Positions 1-11,171 of a stretch of DNA of 64,000 bases are shown one piece after another. The stretch covers positions 248,001-312,000 of the forward strand of contig OZ251235.1 in assembly GCA_965240325.2 (NCBI GenBank). Direction: 5' to 3'. How positions within the stretch are numbered: the stretch's first letter is position 1; each line of letters begins with the position of its first letter. The notes beneath the pieces were generated by a model. That model was not told the origin of the DNA, ran no database searches, and worked only from the letters and a program-made list of their open reading frames with translations. A program made the translations under genes and the position numbers. The DNA is from Rebecca billardiae RCC1528. Its lineage: Eukaryota; Protista; Haptophyta.

Positions 1-7
1 GTCGCAG

Positions 8-334
8 GACGGCAACAACGAGACAGCATTCAAGGTGAAGGTATCCACGGACCTAAAGAAGCTCATGGACGCATACTGCAAGCGCCAGGTGAGTGCGACC
101 GCCATGCTCGCCTGCGTCGCGCCGCGCCCCGTGGGCGCGCAGCTGCCACTCATTGGCTGCGCACAACGACTGGGCGCGTCCGCCGCACGCGCGACGCAGG
201 GCATGACTCGCGACGCTGTCCGCTTCATTTTTGATGGTGAGCGGATCAGCGATGGCGACACTCCAAAGAGCCTGCAGATGGAGGACGATGACGTCATCGA
301 CGCCGTGCTTCAGCAGGTTGGCGGCACCCGCTAG
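8..334 (+). CDS. SUMO: SUMO (small ubiquitin-like modifier), 3' portion; exons 8-88 and 200-334; 5' part lies upstream of the window
   Basis: Spliced product DGNNETAFKVKVSTDLKKLMDAYCKRQ|GMTRDAVRFIFDGERISDGDTPKSLQMEDDDVIDAVLQQVGG-TR. GT-AG intron 89-199. C-terminal QQxGG di-glycine plus a 2-aa propeptide. Confidence 0.93.
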   Translation, partial: DGNNETAFKVKVSTDLKKLMDAYCKRQVSATAMLACVAPRPVGAQLPLIGCAQRLGASAARATQGMTRDAVRFIFDGERISDGDTPKSLQMEDDDVIDAVLQQVGGTR

Positions 335-627
335 CCGTTCAGTCGGAGCCTCGCTCAGTCCCGGAACGGTTTGGGACAGAGGTCGTATTGCGCAGGCTCT
401 GCCGCGCACCGCACACAGTAGACGACGCCATTGGTCATCGTCCTACTGTATTTCAGATCTGCTGAACACGTAACTTAGTATAGCTGAGCAGCGCGCTGGC
501 TACTGACTTATTCAGGGGCTTGGCAGCCGCTCAGCAGACAGCATTTAGGACTCATTACTCACATTAGTCCGACTCAGACTGTCACTCAGAGTCAGTGCTC
601 ACCGATCCGCGATCCGGCCTCCGGGCA

Positions 628-751
628 TAAGAGAGAGACGACGCGACAGAGAGAGACGATCGAGAGATCGAGAGAGAGAGAGAGAGAGATCATCGAGCAG
701 AGATCGAGAGATCGAGAGATCGCCGAGATCGGGAGAGAGAGCCTGCTGAGC

Positions 752-785
<34 letters not shown>
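628..785. repeat. (GA)n-rich microsatellite interspersed with GATC
   Basis: Directly visible GAGAGA runs. Confidence 0.9.
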
Positions 786-787
<2 letters not shown>

Positions 788-894
788 AATAAATATCATA
801 TTGCGCCTGCTGATGCGCCTTATGGCAATCAGCTGCCGCAGCGTAGCAGCGCTCATCCATCATCGAGCTTCGTCGTCGCGCCGACTATACGTCG

Positions 895-3030
895 CTATAC
901 GTCGTCGCCGTCGGCGACGTCAGCATCTGCATTAAGCCCGGTACGGCCGGTACTTGTAGCTCCCATCGAGCTCGGACTGGCCTCCGCACCGTCGTGCTCG
1001 CGGCGGAGCTGGCGCTCCGCTGCGAGGAGCGCGCGGTAGCACGCGCACGCGCGCGCCTCTCCATCGGGCCCGGCGCCGAGCAGCTCGTCGTGCGTCCCCT
1101 CGCCGACAAGCCTCCCGCCGTCCATCACGAGGATGCGCTCGGCGCGCCTGGCCGCGCTCAGCCGGTGCGTGATGGCGACGATGGTCGTCTCGCCGAGCGC
1201 CGCGGAGAGAGCGTCGTACGCGCCGAGCTCGGACGCCGCGTCGAGCTGCGAGGTGGCCTCGTCGAGGATGAGCACGCGCGGCGTGCGCAGCAGCGCGCGC
1301 GCGAGCAGCACGCGCTGCCGCTGCCCGCCGGACAGCCGGCAGCCGCCCTCGCCCACGCGCGTCGAGTAGCCGCGCTCCAGCCGCGGCACGAACTCGTCGC
1401 AGCCCGCCGCGCGTGCGGCGGCGCGCACGGCCGCAGCGGTGGCGTTGGGCGCGTGGAAGCGGATGTTGCTCGCGACCGAGCGGTCGAGCAGCCGCGCGTC
1501 CTGCGTCACCACCCACACGCGCGCGCGCACCTGCTGCGGCTCGAGCGCGTCGAGTGGGCGGCCATCGAGCAGCACGCGCCCAGCGCTCGGCCGCACGGCG
1601 CGCGCCATCAGCGCCGCCAGCGTCGACTTGCCTGAGCCGGAGCGGCCGACAATCGCGAGCCGCTCGCCGGGGCGCACGGTGCAGCTCACTTCGCTCACGG
1701 CCTCGGCCGCCCTGCCCCCGCCGCCCGCCACGCCGCGCTGCGCGTACGCGAAGCTCACGCCCTCGAGGCGCAGCTCCGCCCCGCCGCCGCCAGTCGCGCT
1801 CGCGCCTCGCTCCAGAGCCGGCGCGGTCTCGTGCTCGGCTGGCGGCGAGGCCGGCGGCGCGGCCAGCGGTTCGGCCGGAGCGGCGGGTTCGACTGCGGGC
1901 GCGACCGCGTACGCCGGCGGGCTGTCGAGCAGCTGGAAGTACCGGCCGAGGCTCGTGCGCAGCTGCGCGGCGCGCGCGTACACGTCGAGCGCCTCCTCGA
2001 GCGCGCGGTCCCAGACGGCGAGGAAGCCGCGGAAGGCGACAAACTGGCCGATGCTGAACGTGCCCGCGCGCACGGCGCGCAGCCCGACCGCGGCGGTCGC
2101 CACCTCCTGCGCGCCGTCGAGGGCGAGGCGGACGAAGCGGAGCGCGGTCTCGGCGTCGACAGTGAAGTCGATCACGCGCAGCGCGCGCCGCCCGAGGCTC
2201 GCCGCGCCCTCGGCCTCCGCGCCCACCACGCCGCCCAGCTGCAGCGCGGACGACTGCTGCAGCAGCTCGCCCGTGCGCGCGTCGAGCGCGCCCAGCGCGT
2301 CCGACTGCACCGCGCCGTATAGCCCGACGCGCGCGGCGGCGGCGCGCGTGGCGGCGAGGGTGAGCGGCGAGCGGAGCAGCACGCCCAGCGCCGCGAGCCG
2401 CACGTCGATTCGCGCCATAGCGTGCAGCGCGACCACGGCGCTGACGGCGCTCGAGAGCAGCCGCTCCGCGCCCGTCACCGCCGTGTCTGAGAGCCGCTCC
2501 GTGTCGCGCTCACACCGGCCGAGCAGCTCGCCCGAGGGCGTGCCGCCGAGCGCGACGCCCTCCGCGCCGAGGAGGGCGCGCAGCAGCCGGTCGCGCCCGC
2601 CGAGGATCATCCGCCAGCGCGCGCGCGCGAAGAGCGTGCAGCTCGCCACCACGCACGCCCAGCCCGTGACGTGCAGCGCGGCCAGCCGCCACAGGAGCGG
2701 CGAGAGCGAGGGCGCGCCCCGCGCAGCGGCGAGGTCGAGCAGCGCGCCCTGCACGGCTGGGCGGACGAGATCGATCGCGCGCGCGCCGAGAGAGATGGCC
2801 GTGGCGGGGACGACGAGGCTGGCGGGTGCGCGCCTCAGCTCGCTGCCAATCCGCCTCCACGCCGCGACGCCGCCCTGGCCAGCCACCGTGTCGTCTTCGC
2901 GGACGAGGCGGCGCGCGCGCGCGACCAGCTTGGCGTGCTCGTCTGAGTAGCGCCGCAGCGGCAAGGGCAGCCCCCAGCCGCTCGCGCCGAGCGCGAGCAG
3001 CAGCAGCAGCACGCGTTCGCGCCGGCGCAT
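895..3030 (-). CDS. ABC transporter, ABCB-type half transporter (TMD-NBD) with N-terminal signal-like leader
   Basis: Intronless 711-aa ORF. Walker A GRSGSGKST, Q-loop VTQD, signature LSGGQRQR, Walker B ILDEATS, H-loop ITHRL. Hydrophobic N-terminus VLLLLLALGASG. Confidence 0.9.
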   Translation of the reverse strand: MRRRERVLLLLLALGASGWGLPLPLRRYSDEHAKLVARARRLVREDDTVAGQGGVAAWRRIGSELRRAPASLVVPATAISLGARAIDLVRPAVQGALLDLAAARGAPSLSPLLWRLAALHVTGWACVVASCTLFARARWRMILGGRDRLLRALLGAEGVALGGTPSGELLGRCERDTERLSDTAVTGAERLLSSAVSAVVALHAMARIDVRLAALGVLLRSPLTLAATRAAAARVGLYGAVQSDALGALDARTGELLQQSSALQLGGVVGAEAEGAASLGRRALRVIDFTVDAETALRFVRLALDGAQEVATAAVGLRAVRAGTFSIGQFVAFRGFLAVWDRALEEALDVYARAAQLRTSLGRYFQLLDSPPAYAVAPAVEPAAPAEPLAAPPASPPAEHETAPALERGASATGGGGAELRLEGVSFAYAQRGVAGGGGRAAEAVSEVSCTVRPGERLAIVGRSGSGKSTLAALMARAVRPSAGRVLLDGRPLDALEPQQVRARVWVVTQDARLLDRSVASNIRFHAPNATAAAVRAAARAAGCDEFVPRLERGYSTRVGEGGCRLSGGQRQRVLLARALLRTPRVLILDEATSQLDAASELGAYDALSAALGETTIVAITHRLSAARRAERILVMDGGRLVGEGTHDELLGAGPDGEARACACYRALLAAERQLRREHDGAEASPSSMGATSTGRTGLNADADVADGDDV

Positions 3031-3171
3031 GGCTGTTCGGCACGGCCGTGTCGATCAGACGCGGGCCACCGCCATGTGTGTCGTCAACCCGCCTTGATGA
3101 CCGGCCGCGAATCGGCGTCCGGTGTCTCTCGATCCTTCTGTGGCCGTGCGGGCGTCGCCGATTACGCCGCA

Positions 3172-4315
3172 ATGCTCGTCAAGCACGCCGCGCTCGCGCT
3201 GGCCCTGTGCCACAGCGCCAATGCGTACACCGCCGTGGCTCGCGTCGGTGCGCGCATCGGAGCGATCTTCTGCGGACCCACAGCTCCGCGAGTCGGCTGG
3301 ACCCTTGCCGTCCATCGCGCGTCGCACATGCGTTGCTGACGCGCTCGCCTGCCATGCGCGCGCTCGCGCAGGCGCGCCAGCTCGGATCACCGCGTCGCGT
3401 GCCCACGGCGCCAGGCCGTTGGCTGCGTCACGAAGTGCGCTCGTGCGCATGGGCGACGACGCCGATGCCCTGAAGGTGCGTGTCCGTATGGCGCGCGCGC
3501 CGTCTCGCGCCGCGCTCAGCGATCCGCATGGCGCGCGCACACACCGATCCGACACGGCACGCGAGCGCACCGACGGACAACAGCGCACCTGCGGACAAGG
3601 CGGTCTTCCCGCGCGTCCGCTCACCCTCCGCCCGGCGCGCGCTCCCGCCACGGCCGCGCAGACGGTGCCGTTTGAGGTGCGCGGCTTCTCGTACGCGACC
3701 GTCACGCTCGGCGCCGCGACCGTGCTCACGCTGTACAGCTTCTTCCAGTTCTTCCTGAACGACGGCGAGGCGTCGTCGTCGCTCGGCTTCGTGTACGGCT
3801 TCCCCGGCCTGCTGCTCGGCTGCGCGCTGAAGTACGCGGAGGTGCCGCCGGCGCCGATCGAGACCGGACCTGGCGCGGAGGAGGCGCGCACAAGCGTCGC
3901 CAACGTGAACCTGCAAAAGATCTTTGCCGACGTGACGCGCTTCCGGTACGCGGACGAGCACATGGGCGACGCGCTCAAGATCCTCGGGCTGCAGCCGCGC
4001 GGTGAGGGCCCGCCGGAGCTGCTCAAGGTGACCGAGCGCGTCACGAATGACGGGCAGTACTCGATGGAGATGCAGTTCAAGTGCGCGGGCACGCCGTACA
4101 CGTCGTGGCTCAAGTCGGCGCACCGGTATGCCAACTTCTTCGGGCCCAACGTGCGCGCGACGGTGAAAAAAGTGTCGGCGGAGCAGCGGATTGTCGCGCT
4201 GACGCTCATCTCGGTGCCGCCGGGCGGCGACGAGACGCCGCGCGAGGTGCAGGAGGACGGCACGGAGGTGCCGATCGCGCTGGACGGCAGTGTTGAGACC
4301 GTCGCGGCTGCGTGA
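3172..4315 (+). CDS. APE1: APE1 / DUF2854 thylakoid membrane protein, plastid-targeted; exons 3172-3247, 3372-3475, 3662-4315
   Basis: Signal peptide MLVKHAALALALCHSANA followed by an Arg/Ala transit-like stretch. Core VPFEVRGFS...SLGFVYGFPGLLLGCALKYAEVPP...DVTRFRY..EH...FFGPNV is typical of DUF2854. Both GT-AG introns keep the frame. Confidence 0.85.
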
Positions 4316-4780
4316 ACGGCCGTTGTGTTGACAGTGTTGAGTGTCCACAGTCCAGCAGGTGCTGCCGCCCCATTCTAGTCTGTTCGTAGTGACAGCGAGG
4401 TCGATCATCGCAACGCGTGCCCTATCATTCTACGGCCCTTGCCATTGTATCGTCACATCAGAATCCTCACAATCGCGTACCACAAGTTCCGACGCGTCCT
4501 AAGGTGCCAGCCCACACTGGCGCACGCCCCACGCGCCGCCGCCGGCCGGGCCGGCAGCCCTGCTGACAATGGGCAGCCTCTGATAAAAGGCCGTCGGCTG
4601 TGATTCAATGACTGATGAACTGTAATAGTCGATATGACTTGCGTTACCCACGTATGTGTTTAAGACCCGCGCAAATAATGATGCGCCGCCCTTTTGCGGT
4701 CGTCATCAGTACTCATCACTGCTCACCAAGGCCGCCCGCCCTCGCCAGAAACAGGCAGTCCCTCGCGGGCAGGGGTGACG

Positions 4781-5534
4781 ATGTTTCGCAGCAAGGCGGC
4801 GGGCAACGACGGCGACCGATCCGGCTCAGCACCACAGATCCGGCTGTATGCGCCGCCCGCGCGGCCCCGCTGCCGTGCCCGCGCGCACTCGCACGCGCCA
4901 CCCCCATTGCGCGAAGCGCGTGGCATATGTGCCAGCGCACGTGTGCGTTTGCTTAAGCCTGCCGGGCGCGCATGCGGCGCGTGGCGCGCGCAGGGGCAAG
5001 ATGTCGATCGGAGGGCGCAGTTCACCATCAGCAGATAGTGCGCAACAGACGCCACCAGCCGACGGGAAGCGCCCTCCGGCGCTGAACAGGCCAAAGCTCG
5101 GCCTGCCCGGTTCACGGCCCGCACGGCAGTCAGACACAGCAGCCATCGCAGCGTCAGCCACGGCGAAGGACCTCGCGCCAACGACGAAGAAGGCGGAGAC
5201 TACGGGCGAGATGACGCAGGGCGATTTCCTCATGGCCGCGAAGGCCAGGCGTCGCCAGCAGGCGGAGGCCGGCGGCGACGGCAGCCCGGTCAACACGTCG
5301 AGTGGCACCTCGGCCTCTGCACTCGACGACTCGCAGGTCCATGCGCCCATCGCTCCGAGCGGCGGCACGCCGCCGCCGCCGCAGCGGCGGCGACCCGGCG
5401 GATCGGAGCCTTCGGGAGCAGGCGCTGGAGCCCCGCCGAAAGGCGGCTCCCTTCTCGGTGACATCGACATACCAACCAAACTTCCCGGCCAGGAGTCGCC
5501 GACGAAGCTGGGCAGAGAGCGCACGTCGTGCTGA
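4781..5534 (+). CDS. Hypothetical low-complexity protein; probable exons 4781-4845 and 4994-5534
   Basis: A GT-AG intron at 4846-4993 joins MFRSKAAG...PQIRL in frame to GKMSIGGRSSP...; coding-like sequence but no recognisable domain. Confidence 0.5.
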
Positions 5535-6396
5535 CGGATAGGTGTGCGCGCCCCTGAGCATGGCTTGGAGGTTCCACTGGGCAGCGCTCGCACACTCCTC
5601 CGCAACCTCACACACCTCGCGAACATCGGGGCGGATGTCCACGCGTCGCGCGCGAGACAGCACGGCCACCGGCGCGGACAGACGACAGTGCTCATCACTT
5701 CATCAGTCTCATCATGTCGGATCAAGTCGGACCGACGACCGTGTCCGTGTCCGTGACGGCGTCCCACGGCCACCGTCACAGACAGGGCCGACGGATGCAT
5801 CAGCACTCGAAGTTCATGACTCGAATGCTGCCAGTAAAAGCCGACGACACTTAATAGTATGGGTGCGCAGATCTTCGTACTCAAGATGCGCGCGTTGGCA
5901 CAGCTGATTCAGCTGCGAACGACTCTGACCAGATCCGGCTCGGCGCTCACTCCGTGCGACTCGCCAGTCGCAGTCGCGGCAGCTCTGTGAGCTCACCGTG
6001 CCGTCACTCGTCATCATGGCAGTCTCCGCGCGGCTTCTCACGGCAAAGTCACTGCATATGACGCCCGCCCATCCGCGACGAAGACGTGAGACGGAAGGAG
6101 GCCGCAACAGAACGCGTCCTAGCTGCCCGAAGGCGACGTGGCTGCGACTCCTGGACCAGGCACCACCAGCCAAGCTGGCCCACGGCCAGGAATCAGCCAG
6201 CCAGCCGGCAGGCAGCGGCGCGCGCTCCGTGCACCTGCCAGCTGCTCGCCCGTCGCAGCAGAGAGCGCGCACAGGGGCGAGGTCTGCTGGCCATGGCGGG
6301 GCTGGTAGCGGAGACGTGGAGTTCCGCGTCGGCATTAGCCGCCTGCGCTGCCCTGCGCGCGCGGTGGACGGCGCGCACCACCGCCACCCGTGCCGC

Positions 6397-6714
6397 TCAG
6401 CTGCTGTAGTAGGCGGCTTCGAACAGCAGCTGCTTTGTGCGGCACTCTTCTGGTTTTAGCGTGTTCCACGCGAGGCAGTCGGCGTACGTCCTGAACTCAC
6501 GCGGCGCCTTCTTCTCGATCTCTAGCAGCGTCGCGTGGACGCACGCCTGCACCTCCTTGCCCTCCTCGATGCACTTGGACGGGTGCGGCGTCGAGTCCTT
6601 GCACTTGTAGAACGCAAGGTTTTGGTCAAAGCAACGGTCGCCGATGACCTTCGCTGCGGCGTAGAGCTCGTGTGATTTGGGGGGCGCCTCGGCGCTGTAG
6701 CTCCGTGGGGACAT
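6397..6714 (-). CDS. NDUFA8: NADH:ubiquinone oxidoreductase subunit A8 (19 kDa, CX9C family)
   Basis: LYAAAKVIGDRCFDQNLAFYKCK...PSKCIEEGKEVQAC...FRTYADCL...CRTKQLLFE; CX9C cysteine spacing. Confidence 0.85.
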   Translation of the reverse strand: MSPRSYSAEAPPKSHELYAAAKVIGDRCFDQNLAFYKCKDSTPHPSKCIEEGKEVQACVHATLLEIEKKAPREFRTYADCLAWNTLKPEECRTKQLLFEAAYYSS

Positions 6715-6920
6715 CGCCGCAGCCTAGCCCGTGCACCACCGCCTCGCGCCGCCACGGCCGGTGCGCCCGTGGCCCGAGATCGCCTCGGCCTGGCTGGGCG
6801 ATCCTTCGTTCGGCGAACCACGATGGGCGCTCGCAAGCTTGCGAGAGCGTCCGGCTTGCAAAAACTCGCGTGCCTCCGCTTCGCCGGACTCGCGTGGGCG
6901 CCCGCTTGCCGCCGCCGGCG

Positions 6921-9900
6921 ATGAAGGGCAGCATGGCCAAGGCCCTCGTGGCGGCGCTCGCCGCGCTGCTGCCCGCAGCGCACGCGCTCTTCGAGGATCA
7001 GGCGGGTGTGGTGGACTGGTGCGCGCGCGCGCGCACGCGCGCGCCCCCGGCCACTCGCGCGCCCTCGCCCTGGCTCACACACGCGCGTCTGCCCGCATTG
7101 CCGCGCAACACTCGCGCCTGCGCGCAGGTTCCGTGCCAACATCGGCACCGTGCTCCACGCGGACTTTCACACAGTCGAGTCGCGCCGGCTGCTCCTCGTG
7201 AGCACCGACGCGTCGATTGTCGCCGCTGTTGACGCCGCGACCAACCAGACGGCCTGGCGCCACGTGCTGCCGGGCGGCGAGCGCGTTGTGAGCCAGGTGC
7301 TGCACACGCGCGCCGGCCAGCTGCTCGTCGGATCGGTGACGCCCGAGGGCGCGCTGATGGCGCGGCTCTGGACGGTGGGCGGCGCGCTCCTCTGGGACGC
7401 CCACGTGCCCGCGCCCCCGCCGTCGGCGGCCGTGCACAAGCCCACCGCCTCGTTTGTCGGCGACTCGGCGGATGTGCTCGCGCTGTGCGGCGCGCGCGTG
7501 CACGTGCTGCGCGGGCGCTCGGGCGAGCTGGTGTGGAGCTGGGAGCACGCGCCCGCGACGACGGGTGGGTCTGTGATCACATGGCAGGCCTCCTCCCTCT
7601 CCGCCGACCAGCGCACCCTCGCCATCCACGGGCTCGCGACCGGCGCGCGCGATGAGGCGCGCGGCCCGTCGCAGCTCGCGCGGGCGGACCTTGAAGTCAC
7701 GAACGGGGCGCTGGTCGGCGGTGTGAAGCTGGTGGCGGCGGGCGGCGGGATCGACGCGGAGCAGGGCCTGCTGCTCACGCTCGAGCCGCGCTTCGCCGTC
7801 GCTGTCTCCAAGGCCGGCGATCGCCTCCTCTTCGCCGCCGCGCCGGACGACGGCTCGGCGACCGCAGGCGCCGCCTCGAGCTTTGCGGTGCCGCACTCAC
7901 GCCAGGGCGGCGGCGACGGGCGCGCGCGGCTGCTGCCGGTGGCGCTGCCGGGCGCGGTGGTCGTCGCGCCGTCGCCGGCGCAGCACGTCCTCCTCGACCT
8001 CTCGCAGGCCGCGCCCGAGCCGCACGTCGCGTGGGAGCGCACGTGGAGCGCGCCGGGCGCGTGCGGGGGCCTGCGCAGCGGCGCGCAGGCGATACTCGCG
8101 TGCGCCGCGCCGAGTGCCTCCGGCGATGCGCTCGAGCAGGCGACGATGCTCGTGACGGCGGGGAGCGTGGAGAGCCTTCCCAGCCCACCCGCCGCGCGCG
8201 TCGACTTCGCGAGCCACGGCGCCCCCGCCGCGCTCTTCCTCGGCTCGTACGCCAAGCGCGACAGCGCGATCGCGCAGCGCGCGCTGCTCGTGAGCGCGAC
8301 AGGCGCCGCGCACTACGCGGTGGACGGCGCGTGCGCGTGGACGCGCGACGAGGCGCTGGCGCACGTCGAGCAGCTCGAGTTCGTGGACCTGCCGCGCGTG
8401 CGCGACGTGGCCGCGCTCGAGCAGGGCCCGCAGTACGGCTCGCTCTTCCGCGCCCTCGGCAGCCTCGCCGGCGGCGGCGCGGCCGCGCTCGCGGCCGCGT
8501 CTGGCCTGGGCGCGCGCCGCCACTCTCCCGAGCTCACCTCCGACGCTTTTGGCTTCAACAAGCTGATGGTCGTGCGCACGCGCTCGTCCAAGATCGTCGC
8601 GCTGAGCTCGCTCGACGGCTCGCCCGTGTGGGGCACGCTGCCCACGCTCGACGGCGCGCCGGTCACCGTGCACACGCTCACCGTCGTGCCCGCGCCCACG
8701 AGCCAGCCCACAGACATTGCGCTCGTCGTGAGCGCTCGCGGTGCCGACGGCGCCGACGAGCGCTATGCGCTCATCACCATCGACGCGCTCAAGGGCGAGC
8801 AGCGCGGCGATGCGCACCCGCTGCCGCAGCGCGTGCTCTGGACGATCTCCGTCGGCACGCCCGACGCCGCCGCGCCCGGCGCGCCGCCCCTCCCCCTCCT
8901 GGCGCTCGTGCACGCCGACTTCTCCGTCTCGCTCTTCCCGGAAACTTCCGAGGCGGCGCGCGCGTTTGAGGCGTCGGCGCGCGGCGCGATGCACTTCTTC
9001 CTGCTCGACCGCGCGGAGGGGGTGATCAAGGGGTACGGGCTCGCGGCGCGGCGCGAGGGCGGCGGCGCGGCGTTCGCCGCCGTGCACCGCTGGTCCTTTG
9101 CCCCGCCGCCCAACGCGCGCGGGCTGAGCGTCTGCACGCTCGACTCGGCCGAGGCGGTGCACTCGCCCGTGCGCGTGCTCGGCGACCGCGGCGTGCTGCA
9201 CAAGTACCTCAACCCCAACCTGCTCGCGGTGGGGTACACGCAGACGGGGCGGGGCGGCGCGGCGGGCTCGAGCTCGGAGCTCAGCGTCCACGTCACCGTG
9301 CTGGACGGCGTGAGCGGCGCCGCCGTGCACGACTTTGTCACCCCGCGCGCCGCGGGCCCCCTCCGGCTCGCGCTCTCGGAGAACACGCTCGTCGCGTACG
9401 CGCGCTCGGCCGCGACGGGCGCGCCGTTCGTCTCGGTCACCGAGCTGTACGAGAACGCGACCGCGCCCAACTACATGCGCATGCTCCTCTCCGGTGCGCG
9501 CCCGCCCCGCGCGCACACCGGCGCGCCTACCCGAGGCGTGCTCGCCCGCACCGCGGCCGAGCGGCGCGCCATCGCACAATCCGCGCCCTCCGCCCTCGGC
9601 CCTCCGCCCTCGGCGTGCGCTGCGCTGCGCTGCGCTGCTGCGCGCAGGCTCAGACCCGGACGCAGAGTCTGCGCGCTCCGCGTTCGAGCCGCGCGCGCCC
9701 TTCGCGCTCTCGGCCGCGTACTACCTGCCCGCGGACGTGGCGGCGGTGGGCATCACGCAGACCACCAAGGGCATCACGCCGCGCCACGTCATGTTCGCGC
9801 TCCACAGCGGACAGCTGCTGGCCCTGGTGAGCGCGCGCGCGCAACCCGCCGCACGCGCTCGGCCGCACGAGCGCGCGCGCGCCTGTGGTGCCGCCGCCGA

Positions 9901-10363
9901 GCCGACCGGTCGGCCCAGCGCGGCGCACCCGAGCCGTAACCGCGCCCGCGCTCACCTCCGCGCGCGCCTCCGCCGCCCCTCCCTCGCGCCGCAGGACAAG
10001 CGCATCTTCGACCCGCGCCGGCCCAAGGCCCCGCCCTCGCAGGCGGACAAGGAGGAGGGGCTGATGCAGTACTCGCCCTCGGTCGGCCACCCGCCGCCCA
10101 CCGCGCTCGTCACGCACGGGCACGAGGTGGCCAACGTGAAGGGCATGCGCTTCGCGCCGACCGTGCTCGAGTCGACCAGCGTCGTCGCGCTGTACGGCAC
10201 CGACCTCTTCGTCGCGCGCTACTGCCCCGCCAAGGAGTTCGACAAGCTCGGAGACTCGTTCAACCACGTCGCGCTCGTCGGCGCGCTCGTCGGGCTGGGC
10301 GCGGCGACGGTGCTGAGCACGTTCGCGCGGCGGCGGAAGGAAGTGAACCGGTTGTGGCGCTAA
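6921..10363 (+). CDS. EMC1: ER membrane protein complex subunit 1; introns 7019-7127, 9494-9647, 9827-9994
   Basis: Signal peptide then ALFEDQAGVVDW. C-terminal EMC1 motifs VHSPVRVLGDRGVLHKYLNPN, TQTTKGIT, DPRRP...EEGLMQY, LESTS...GTDLF...KEFDKL, a TM helix and NRLWR. Divergent from NDUFA8 across about 200 bp. Confidence 0.95.
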
Positions 10364-10872
10364 TCGGCCGGGGAGTGCGTGGTGGCGACGGCGCCCCGGC
10401 CGCATGCGCCGTGCCGCCTCGGCGCGCGCGCCCCCAACCCTCAACGCAGACGCAGCCTGTGTGCTGATGAAAGTGCTGCGCCGTGACGGACGCACGGATG
10501 TCTGAGTCAGGGGCGAGGCAGCGGCCGACGTTGATGACTTGATCTGACACGCCGTGCCAGGCGGCAGTTCATCACGTCCTTACGACGACCCTTGCGCGGA
10601 CCCTTCAACGGTCATCAGTAGACTGACAGTAGAGTCGACAGTCGGCAAGTAGGGTCTGCTGCGCGCCTGGCAAGAAGATGATCGTCGTCATGATATGGCA
10701 TATCATCATCATCATGATGCGCACTCGATCGTAGTCGTCGTATCATCATCATCGTCGTATCCGTAATTATGGCCATGCAGCGATGATAGGCATAGCCCGC
10801 CGCCGATATATGACAGATATCGACAGTCAGATCGACTATACCGAGCTATATCGTCTTAATATCTAGCTGCGC

Positions 10873-10873
<1 letters not shown>

Positions 10874-10906
<33 letters not shown>

Positions 10907-11010
10907 GCTAGAGAGCAGAGTCAGAGAGAGAGCAGAGCAGAGAGAGAGCGCCGAGTCGGGCTGCGCCGAGACTCAGTCTACGGAGCGAGAGAGAGAGAGA
11001 GAGACGAGCA
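10874..11010. repeat. (GA)n microsatellite region
   Basis: Directly visible GA runs. Confidence 0.85.
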
Positions 11011-11171
11011 GAGTTAAGGGCCTAGCTACTGCTATAGTATTATTTGCCGCCGCGTTAGGGTACAGTACGCCGGCGGCGTTAGACTTGGAGTGTGACTGAG
11101 AGTAAATACGGTAATTTAATACGGAGATCATCATGACTTGGTAGTCATCTGGCCGCGCAGGGGACCCCTCA

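Noticed and set aside
5542-6390. ORFs between the hypothetical gene and NDUFA8
   Set aside because: No recognisable motifs or convincing gene structure; probably UTR or intergenic.
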